Positions 29,020 to 36,647 of a DNA stretch of 54,468 nt are shown here, piece by piece. How positions within the stretch are numbered: the first letter of the stretch is position 1; every line of letters begins with the position of its first letter. Made by a program: the position numbers and the translations under genes. The notes under the pieces are model-generated. The model made no database searches. It was not told where the DNA came from and saw only the letters and a list, made by a program, of their open reading frames with translations. Source of the stretch: Candidatus Sericytochromatia bacterium (GTDB lineage Bacteria > Cyanobacteriota > Sericytochromatia > S15B-MN24 > JAQBPE01); contig JAYKHR010000071.1 in assembly GCA_035285125.1 (NCBI GenBank), positions 1 to 54,468 of the forward strand, given 5' to 3'.

Positions 29020-30179
29020 GTCAGCACCATGTTGTTGCGGTGGACGGCCTCGTCGTAGGGTTTGGATCCCAGCCGCGCCTCGATCTCAGCGCTCTGGCAG
29101 CCCGCCACGCGCCCCAGCTCCTCGGCGCCATAGTTCACCAGCCCGCGCGCCACCTCCCGGCCGTCCGGCGCGACGAGCGCCACGAGGTCGCCCGCCTCAA
29201 AGCGGCCCTCGACGGCCTGGACCCCGGCAGGCAGGAGGCTGCGGCCCTGCTCCAGCACGGCCCGGGCCGCGCCTGCGTCCAGCCTGAGGCGGCCGGCCGG
29301 CGTGCCGCCCCAGGCCAGCCAGCGCTTGCGGCCCTCGAGCCGGGTCTCGACAGGCAAGAAGGTGGTCCCGATCGGCTCCCCGCGCAGGCTCGCGAGCACC
29401 CCCTCCGGCTGCTGGCCGTGCAGCAGCACCAGCGGGATGCCGCAGGACGTCGCGATCCGGGCGGCCGCCACCTTGGTCGCCATGCCCCCCGTGCCCAGGT
29501 CCGAGCCGCTGCCTCCCGCAAGGGCCTCGATCGCGGGGGTGATCGCGGAGACCTGCGAGATGCGTTGCGCCCCGGGGTGGGTGTGCGGATCCGCATCGTA
29601 GAGCGCGTCGATGTCGGAGAGGATGAACAGCGTGTCCGCGTTGACGAGGCTCGCGACCAGGGCCGAGAGCGTATCGTTGTCGCCGAACCTCAGCTCCTCG
29701 GTGGCCACGGAGTCGTTCTCGTTCACGATCGGCACGACCGGGGCGTGGGCTGCGAGGAGCACCTCGAGGGTGTTGCTCGCGTTGACGTAGCGCCGCCGGT
29801 CCCCGAGGTCCGCCCGCGTCAGCAACAGCTGCGCGCTGGTAAGCCCACGGGCCGCGAGGGCCTGCTCGTAGAGGTGCATCAGGATGCCCTGCCCGACCGC
29901 CGCCGCGGCCTGCTTCTCTGGAATGCTGCGCGGCCTGTGCGGCATGCCGAGCCGCCAGCGCCCGGTCCCCACGGCCCCCGAGGTCACGAGGACCACCCGG
30001 TTCCGGGCTGCGACGAGGGCCGCGATCACGTCGGCCAGCCGGCCCAGCACGGCCGGGTCGGGGCCGTCCGCCCCCATCAGGGTGGTCGTCCCGACCTTGA
30101 GGACCAGCAGCCGCCCGCCAGGCAGCCCCTCAGTCGACGAAGTCGAACTCGAGTTCGCCGATGGCGATGGTGTCCCCAT
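29016..30179 (-). CDS. proB: Glutamate 5-kinase
   Basis: VLKVGT, LVTSGAV, AAVGQ, PIVNENDSV, FGDNDTLSA, GTGGMATK, PUA domain; true start uncertain, possibly nearer 30130. Confidence 0.95.
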   Translation of the reverse strand: MGTPSPSANSSSTSSTEGLPGGRLLVLKVGTTTLMGADGPDPAVLGRLADVIAALVAARNRVVLVTSGAVGTGRWRLGMPHRPRSIPEKQAAAAVGQGILMHLYEQALAARGLTSAQLLLTRADLGDRRRYVNASNTLEVLLAAHAPVVPIVNENDSVATEELRFGDNDTLSALVASLVNADTLFILSDIDALYDADPHTHPGAQRISQVSAITPAIEALAGGSGSDLGTGGMATKVAAARIATSCGIPLVLLHGQQPEGVLASLRGEPIGTTFLPVETRLEGRKRWLAWGGTPAGRLRLDAGAARAVLEQGRSLLPAGVQAVEGRFEAGDLVALVAPDGREVARGLVNYGAEELGRVAGCQSAEIEARLGSKPYDEAVHRNNMVLT

Positions 30180-31404
30180 CCTGCACCCCCATCTCCCGCA
30201 GCCGCTCGACGACGCGGTGATCGTCGAGCAGACGGTGGAACTTCACGACGGCGCCCGGAGACTCCAGGTTCAGCACGCCCACCTGGCGCTCCAGCCGCTC
30301 GTGGGTGACGCGCCAGACCTTCCCGTCCCGGCGGATGGTCGCCTCGCGCGGCGCCTCGACCAGCGGGGCCTCGGCGGGCTGCGGCAGGAACACCACCGGC
30401 GGGGGCAAGGCCGCGGCCCGCTCTCTCAGCGTGGCCAAGAAGGGCTCAATCCCATCGCGGGTGGCGGCTGACAGCCCGAAGCAGGGCAACCCCCGGGATG
30501 CGAGCGCGGCCTCGACCCGCTCGCGCTGGTCGCGCGCCTCGGGGAGGTCGATCTTGTTCAGCGCCACCACCCTGGGCCGTGCGGCCAGCTCAGGGCTGTA
30601 CCGGGCAAGTTCCCGCTCGATGACGTCGAAGTCGGCGAGTGGGTCGCGGCCCTCCATCCCGCCCGAGAGGTCGACCAGGTGCACCAGCAGGCGGCAGCGC
30701 TCGACGTGGCGAAGGAACTCGTGGCCCAGCCCCACGCCCTCGGCGGCACCCTCTACGAGGCCGGGGATGTCGGCCATCACGAGCGTGTCGCCCGGGCCAA
30801 AGCGGATCACGCCAAGGTGGGGCTCCAGCGTCGTGAAGGGGTAGTCCGCGACCTTGGGCCGAGCGGCGGACACCGCGCTGATCAGGGTGGACTTGCCCGC
30901 ATTGGGCAGGCCCACCAGGCCCACGTCAGCCAACAGCTTGAGCTCCAGGGCCAGCTCCCGCTCCTCACCGGCAGTGCCAGGCTCCGCAAAGTCGGGGGCC
31001 TTCCGGGTGGGGGTGGCGAAGTGCGAGTTGCCGCGCCCGCCGCGCCCGCCCTTCGCCGCCAGCCAGCGCTGGCCCGCCTCGTGCAGGTCGGCGAGCAGTT
31101 CGCGCGTCCGGGCGTCGTACACGACCGTGCCCACCGGCACGCGGACCTCGACGTCGGGCGACGTCTTGCCATGCTGATTCTTGGGCCGACCGCGCTCGCC
31201 GTCCTCGGCGTGGAACTTGTGGGTGAAGCGGAAGTCGATCAGGGTGTTGAGATCGTCCGTCGCCACGAGCCAGACGGAGCCGCCGTTGCCGCCGTCTCCG
31301 CCAGCGGGGCCGCCAGCGGGGACGTACTTCTCCCGCCGCCACATGACGACGCCGTCGCCACCCTTGCCGCTGCGGACCTGGATTTTCGCGTGATCGATGA
31401 ACAT
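30130..31404 (-). CDS. obgE: GTPase ObgE/CgtA
   Basis: MFIDHAKI, Gly-rich Obg domain, GLPNAGKST, DYPFTTLEP, DIPGL, NKID, C-terminal OCT domain. Confidence 0.97.
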   Translation of the reverse strand: MFIDHAKIQVRSGKGGDGVVMWRREKYVPAGGPAGGDGGNGGSVWLVATDDLNTLIDFRFTHKFHAEDGERGRPKNQHGKTSPDVEVRVPVGTVVYDARTRELLADLHEAGQRWLAAKGGRGGRGNSHFATPTRKAPDFAEPGTAGEERELALELKLLADVGLVGLPNAGKSTLISAVSAARPKVADYPFTTLEPHLGVIRFGPGDTLVMADIPGLVEGAAEGVGLGHEFLRHVERCRLLVHLVDLSGGMEGRDPLADFDVIERELARYSPELAARPRVVALNKIDLPEARDQRERVEAALASRGLPCFGLSAATRDGIEPFLATLRERAAALPPPVVFLPQPAEAPLVEAPREATIRRDGKVWRVTHERLERQVGVLNLESPGAVVKFHRLLDDHRVVERLREMGVQDGDTIAIGELEFDFVD

Positions 31405-31439
31405 CGCTACTCAGTGTATCAAGTCGGCCCCCATGAAAC

Positions 31440-31468
31440 GAGGCCCGAAGCCTTCGGCTTCGGGCCTC
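31440..31468 (-). terminator. Intrinsic terminator-like hairpin after rpmA
   Basis: GAGGCCCGAAGCC-ttc-GGCTTCGGGCCTC, followed by GTTTC on the minus strand. Confidence 0.65.
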
Positions 31469-31483
31469 TTCCGGGGTGGAGGA

Positions 31484-31750
31484 TCAGGCCTGCGCAGCGA
31501 AGGGCACGATGTTGACCTTCTTGCCCTTGGCGCCCTTGTGCACGAACTGCACCGTGCCCTCAATCAGGGCGAACAAGGTGTGGTCCTTGCCCATCCCGAC
31601 GTTGTCGCCGGGGTGGATCTTGGTGCCGCGCTGGCGGACGATGATGTTGCCGGGGATGACGACCTCACCACCGTACTTCTTGACGCCAAGGTACTGGGGG
31701 TTTGAGTCGCGGCCGTTCCGCGTGGAGCCTACGCCTTTTTTGTGAGCCAT
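31484..31750 (-). CDS. rpmA: 50S ribosomal protein L27
   Basis: [36 protein letters not shown]. Confidence 0.98.
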   Translation of the reverse strand: MAHKKGVGSTRNGRDSNPQYLGVKKYGGEVVIPGNIIVRQRGTKIHPGDNVGMGKDHTLFALIEGTVQFVHKGAKGKKVNIVPFAAQA

Positions 31751-31781
31751 GGGTTGCTTCCTCTGTCAGGGCCGGTGAGGG

Positions 31782-32162
31782 CTACTTCGCGATCGACTCG
31801 ATCAGCACGCGGGTGAACGGCTGGCGGTGACCCCGCTTGCGGCGGTAGTGCTTCTTGGGGCGCTGCTTGTAGATGATGACCTTGGGCTGCAGACCGGGGC
31901 GGCCCTTCTGGGCGAGCTCTTCCTCGGACAGCTGCGAACGGAAGCGCTTGATCCACTTCCGACCCGTCAGGATCACCTTGCCCTTGACGCTCGCCCCCTT
32001 GACGGTGGGCGCGCCGATGGCAACGTTGTCACCGTCGGCGATGAGCAACACCTGCTCGAACACGACGGCCTGGTCCTTGTCCTGGGGAAGCAGCTCGACG
32101 TCGACGAAGCGGCCTTCTTCGACCTTGTACTGCTTGCCCCCGGTCGCGATGATGGCGTACAT
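31782..32162 (-). CDS. rplU: 50S ribosomal protein L21 with an internal insertion of about 23 aa
   Basis: MYAIIATGGKQYKV, GHRQPFTR; 126 aa. Confidence 0.97.
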   Translation of the reverse strand: MYAIIATGGKQYKVEEGRFVDVELLPQDKDQAVVFEQVLLIADGDNVAIGAPTVKGASVKGKVILTGRKWIKRFRSQLSEEELAQKGRPGLQPKVIIYKQRPKKHYRRKRGHRQPFTRVLIESIAK

Positions 32163-32197
32163 CCGGAGACTCCTCTGGCTGGTCCCGCAGGACCGAG

Positions 32198-32261
32198 AGA
32201 CACGCCGGGGTGGGGTGACGCAGGCAGTAGCCGGCGCGCTTACGGACCCGTTCCGAGCGGT
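32198..32261 (-). ncRNA. Candidate L21 leader-like cis-regulatory RNA
   Basis: 5' UTR of rplU reads ACCGCTCGGAACGGGT...CACCC...GGCGTGTCT, resembling (from memory) the Firmicutes L21 leader. Confidence 0.4.
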
Positions 32262-32277
32262 GGGGATAGATATTAAA

Positions 32278-32307
32278 AACCTACCATACCTGTGTTAAGG
32301 CAGTCAA
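32278..32307 (-). promoter_or_regulatory. Sigma70-type promoter of rplU-rpmA
   Basis: Minus strand TTGACT, 18-nt spacer ending TGG, then TAGGTT, in an AT-rich patch. Confidence 0.55.
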
Positions 32308-32362
32308 TTCGGACCGACCGCCACCCCGGCGCCCCGCGGCCCGCTGCCGGCGCGGCTCACGC

Positions 32363-32647
32363 TCAGCGCCGCGGCTCGATCACGAACTTGAGGGCCGTCC
32401 GTTCCTCGCCACCAACCTCGATGTCGAGGAAGGCGGGGACGAAAACCAGGTCGAGGCCGCTGGGCGCCACGTAGCCCCGGGCGATGGCGATGGCCTTCAC
32501 GGCCTGGTTGATGGCGCCGGCCCCGATGGCCTGCATCTCGCAACGCCCCCTCTCGCGGATCACGCCGGCGATCGCGCCAGCCACCGAGGCAGGGTTCGAG
32601 CCACTGGCCACCTTGAAGAGACTGGAACCCCCGCCCTGGTCGCTCAT
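32363..32647 (-). CDS. spoVS: SpoVS family protein
   Basis: KVASGSNPASVAGAIA, QAIGAGAINQAVKAIAIARG, PAFLDIEVGGEERTALK; GGAGGAGG RBS. Confidence 0.95.
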   Translation of the reverse strand: MSDQGGGSSLFKVASGSNPASVAGAIAGVIRERGRCEMQAIGAGAINQAVKAIAIARGYVAPSGLDLVFVPAFLDIEVGGEERTALKFVIEPRR

Positions 32648-32797
32648 CGAGAACCTCCTCCGCATCTTGGCGCAGCGCCGGCCTGCCCCTCCAACATGAT
32701 AGCGGTCCCGGCCGCCCCGGGCAATCACGCGGGGCCGTTATTGCGTCAGGTCGACCGGGTAAGCTGATCTGGGGATTGTGACGTTCGGCGGAGCAGC

Positions 32798-33838
32798 ATG
32801 GCGTCTTGCATCTACGATGACTCACCCTCCGTAGCCATCTGCTCGGGGTGCGACTTCGGGGTCTGTCAGGAGTGCCTCGACGGCGGCGGCGACGGCGTCT
32901 GCCGTACGTGCTCCGAGGAGCGTGCTCACCGGCGCGAGAGCAGCGCCATCCAGCGCGAGTACGAGGCACCGGCCGCGCCGGTGCGGCGGTGCAACTACTG
33001 TCGGGCGGCCGAGGACGACAGCACCACGCTGGATGGAGACGGCTACTGCGAGGCGTGTCGCGACCTGTCGCGGTGCGTGGCCCACTCGGACCTCATCGCG
33101 GTGGGGAACTGCAAGGCGTGCCGACGGGAGTACTGCCGCAAGTGCCTGGGCTTCACCGACGTCTGCCAGAGCTGCCAGGCCCGCCAGAAGACCCGCCCCC
33201 TGACCGACAAGGGGGGCGCGGCGGCGGCGGCTGGCAAGCCGGCCGCCAAGAAGGCCCGCAAGACGAGCCCGATGGAGGCGCCCGCCCCGGCGGCCCAAAA
33301 GGGGGACAAGGGAGGCGGGGGCGCGGCCGCGGCGACAGGTCCTGACGGCAAGCCTGCCAAGAAGCGCTCCCGCGGCCAGGCCGCCATCGAGGAGAAGTTG
33401 CGGTCGGCCCGCACCTCCGAGCAGTCCAAGACGAAGAAGCTGGTGCTGGCGGCTGCAACCGCCGTCGTCCTGCTGCTCATGCCCGCCGGCGCCTACCTGC
33501 AGGCCATGTCCCCTGAGGCCCAGTCAGCCAAGATCTATGAGCAGATGGTGGTGGTGCACCGGGGCGTCGTGCACCACTACCGCAAGACCAACAAGATTCC
33601 CAAGTCGGTGCCGGAGATCCGCGCCGCCCTGGAGGAGATGAACGTGAAGGGCGCCCGGCGCATCAAGATCGCCATGGACGGCGACAGCCGCACGGGGGCA
33701 GTCATCTACGCGCCGAGCCAGACTGGCTCAGGGTTCATGATCCAGGGGGCCGACAGCCGTGGCGAGCTCCTGATGGCCCCCAACGACACGCCGCTGTTCC
33801 TCGACCAGTACTACGAGTCGGGCAACTCCTCGCCTTGA
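32798..33838 (+). CDS. Cys-rich (B-box-like zinc finger) single-pass membrane protein
   Basis: Many CxxC pairs in the first ~130 aa, Lys/Ala-rich linker, TM segment LVLAAATAVVLLLMPAGAYL, C-terminal globular domain. Confidence 0.8.
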   Translation: MASCIYDDSPSVAICSGCDFGVCQECLDGGGDGVCRTCSEERAHRRESSAIQREYEAPAAPVRRCNYCRAAEDDSTTLDGDGYCEACRDLSRCVAHSDLIAVGNCKACRREYCRKCLGFTDVCQSCQARQKTRPLTDKGGAAAAAGKPAAKKARKTSPMEAPAPAAQKGDKGGGGAAAATGPDGKPAKKRSRGQAAIEEKLRSARTSEQSKTKKLVLAAATAVVLLLMPAGAYLQAMSPEAQSAKIYEQMVVVHRGVVHHYRKTNKIPKSVPEIRAALEEMNVKGARRIKIAMDGDSRTGAVIYAPSQTGSGFMIQGADSRGELLMAPNDTPLFLDQYYESGNSSP

Positions 33839-33926
33839 AGCGAGGGTGCCCGTCGCTCCCGTGGGTTTATGGTCCGCACCGACCGGGGAAACATGGGATG
33901 GGGACCAGGGAGCGAAAGAGCCTGAT

Positions 33927-35042
33927 ATGGCGGTGAACGTGGGACGAAGGCGGGCCGGATTCACGGTGGTCGAGGTCACGATGGCCTCGGCTATCCTGCT
34001 GCTGGCCCTCTCCGGGGTGTTGGGCGGGGCCTTCGCCGCGATGCGCGGCGCCGGGGCCTCCGACCTGGTGGCCCAGGCGGCGAACCTGGCTGCCGAGCGG
34101 ATGGCCTACTTCCGCGCCTGCCCCAACCCCTTCGTGGCCGTGGGAGGCACCTACTACCCGCCCCCCACCAACCCGCGCCTCGAGCGCGACCACAACGACC
34201 CGAACGTCGCAGACAGCCGCAACAACCTCCACAACGTGATGAATGACGAGCCGGTGCTGCTGGTGCGGGAATACCTGTACGAAACGGCTGAGAGCAAGTA
34301 CCTGGACGCCGCCGCCGGGCTCGACCAGGGGCGGTCGGCGCTGTTTCGCAAACACCGCCAGCAGGCCGCAACGGCCGCGGCCCGGGAGGCCCTGGTGAAC
34401 GTCGTGCCGGCGATGCCCGCAGAGGTCACGGTGGCAGGTAACAGCTGTCTGGTCGCGGGGGTCTACCCTAACTGGGGCTTCGAGGGCGCCGCGGCGGCCC
34501 GGCCCCAGCCACGCTCGACCAACGTGCCTGTCACCAACCAGCAGTTCACCGGGACCTCAGCCCAGGCCCGCTGGATGGCTTTCCTGCCTGCGCCCAGGGC
34601 CAACGACAACCTGCGCGGGGACAACTACAGGCTCGACCCCCAGGTGAAGTTCATCCGCGAGGTCTGGGTCCAGTCCAACACGCCGCTCGGCGCGCCGTTT
34701 TGCAGCCTGGGCGACCAGCTGGTGCTGGACATCGCCCGCGCCTACCCGGCCTACTACGGCGGCGCCGGCGGCCCCACGGCGGCCCGCGTCAGCACCTTCA
34801 AGCGCGCCAGCACCGCCGACCTGGCCACCGGGCAGTTCACGGTGCCGGTGCCGATGTGGACCATGACGGTCACGGTCCGGGTTTACCGACGGAACCCCAC
34901 GGTGGCCGTCGTTAGGGATGCCACCACGGCGTCAGTCGACAGCACCACGCGGGGCCAGTGGTCAGGCCTCGGCTACGACCCTGCCAAGCCCCTCGCCACC
35001 CTGGTCGGCTACTTCGGGCTGCGCCGCACGCTGAGGTACTGA
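33927..35042 (+). CDS. Large type IV minor pilin, PilV-like
   Basis: Class III signal RRRAG|FTVVEVTMASAILLLAL, then QAANLAAERM. Confidence 0.82.
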   Translation: MAVNVGRRRAGFTVVEVTMASAILLLALSGVLGGAFAAMRGAGASDLVAQAANLAAERMAYFRACPNPFVAVGGTYYPPPTNPRLERDHNDPNVADSRNNLHNVMNDEPVLLVREYLYETAESKYLDAAAGLDQGRSALFRKHRQQAATAAAREALVNVVPAMPAEVTVAGNSCLVAGVYPNWGFEGAAAARPQPRSTNVPVTNQQFTGTSAQARWMAFLPAPRANDNLRGDNYRLDPQVKFIREVWVQSNTPLGAPFCSLGDQLVLDIARAYPAYYGGAGGPTAARVSTFKRASTADLATGQFTVPVPMWTMTVTVRVYRRNPTVAVVRDATTASVDSTTRGQWSGLGYDPAKPLATLVGYFGLRRTLRY

Positions 35043-36631
35043 TGACCGTGGCCCCCACACGCAAGGCCCCTGCGGGCTTCACCCTGATCGAGATCATCGT
35101 CTCGGCCGGCCTCATGGGGCTGATGATGGCGATGGCCGTGCGCGGGTTCTCGGAGGCCCGAAAGCTCGGAGACATCGCGAAGGCCCGCAGCATCGCCAGG
35201 CAGGAGGCCGGCATCGGCGTGCAGAAGCTGGCGCGCATCCTGAGCCGGTGCCACGTCATCTACTTCGACACGCGGCCCCTGAACGGCATCACCTCGACCC
35301 CTGTGGCCACGAGCCTGAGCAGCATCCGGGCAGCGGTGCCGCCCCAGCTGGTCTCTGGCTCCATCAACGGCACCGCGCTCGCCAACCCCGCCATCCCGTT
35401 CGGCGGGACCACGTCGACGCTGTACATCCAGCCCTTCCGCGACTTCCGCACGACCACGGCCGCCCGCGCCGCCTTCCGGGTTCGGCCCCTCAACGACTCG
35501 CTGCCCGGGTTCGAGACAGCCGGCAACAACCCCCAGCTGATGCTGGCCCCCGGGGAGTACACCTCGGGGGCGCGGACCAGCAACTTCGATCACACCTTCC
35601 CGTCGCCGCTGCTGTATTGCGCCGAAGCCAACCTGGCCGTGGGCGTGCCGGACGCCAACAACACAATGCTCGCGGCGGCGCTGCCCGTGACGTGGACCTT
35701 CTACCTGGTGTACCTGGCGCCGATGCGCTTCGAGACCAACGACGACGGCAACGGCCTGTTCCCCGTGCAGGAAGCCGCCACCAACCGCACGGCCAACGGC
35801 TTCCGCGACATGGGTCGGCGCTCCGACAGCACGACGGGCACCGCCAACACCCGCTGGACCCGGGCCACCCTGCCCTACGAACTGCGGCTGCTCACCATCC
35901 CGGACGTGCAAGCGCTCCGAACCCCGCTCGTCACGGACACCGGCCAGCTGGCCGCCGTCCCGCCGGTGCCGGGCAAGGCGATGGGCAGGCACTTCGACTC
36001 TGTCGGCGTGCTGGAGGCCCCCTTCGACATCCCGCGGGGCGAGGTCAACTACGACCCGGTCCCCCTGGCCACGGTGGACCACGGCCTCGACGCGACCAGG
36101 CACCCGGTCTACACGAGCACGCAGGCGTCCGGCTCGCGCGTCTCAGGCCAGGGCTCGCACGGCAACTGGAACAACATCGGCAACGACCCTCCGGCCAACG
36201 TCTGCTTCAACTTGCGCAACCTCTACGACGCCTCGGCCAACGGCGGGCAGGGTCAAATGGTGGCAGCCCGCGAGATCACGGACGTCGTGCTCGCAAGCCA
36301 CATCGATCCGGACTCCGTCCATGGCACGTGCGTGCGGCTCGGCAACGACTGGGTCCGCAAGAGCGGTGGGATCGGGCTGATCGCCAAGGGTGAGACCAAC
36401 CCGCGCCCCTACGTGAATGCGATGGGAGGACCGCAGAAGTACCAGCCCTCGTGGTGGAACGCCGACAACCCGGACACCCTCGCCGGTCCACCGAAGCGGG
36501 CCCTCGTCAGCGTGTCCACCCGGTTCCGCTACACGCGCCAGACCCCCTTCGCCTTCGCCACCGAATCCGTCGAGGTCGAACTCGAGGCCCTGCAACGTTT
36601 CCAGACCACCTCCCGCCTGCGGCGCAACTGA
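35042..36631 (+). CDS. Large type IV minor pilin, PilW-like
   Basis: Class III signal PAG|FTLIEIIVSAGLMGLMM; TGATG coupling to the previous gene. Confidence 0.85.
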   Translation: MTVAPTRKAPAGFTLIEIIVSAGLMGLMMAMAVRGFSEARKLGDIAKARSIARQEAGIGVQKLARILSRCHVIYFDTRPLNGITSTPVATSLSSIRAAVPPQLVSGSINGTALANPAIPFGGTTSTLYIQPFRDFRTTTAARAAFRVRPLNDSLPGFETAGNNPQLMLAPGEYTSGARTSNFDHTFPSPLLYCAEANLAVGVPDANNTMLAAALPVTWTFYLVYLAPMRFETNDDGNGLFPVQEAATNRTANGFRDMGRRSDSTTGTANTRWTRATLPYELRLLTIPDVQALRTPLVTDTGQLAAVPPVPGKAMGRHFDSVGVLEAPFDIPRGEVNYDPVPLATVDHGLDATRHPVYTSTQASGSRVSGQGSHGNWNNIGNDPPANVCFNLRNLYDASANGGQGQMVAAREITDVVLASHIDPDSVHGTCVRLGNDWVRKSGGIGLIAKGETNPRPYVNAMGGPQKYQPSWWNADNPDTLAGPPKRALVSVSTRFRYTRQTPFAFATESVEVELEALQRFQTTSRLRRN

Positions 36632-36647
36632 ACCCAGGAGGTCCACC

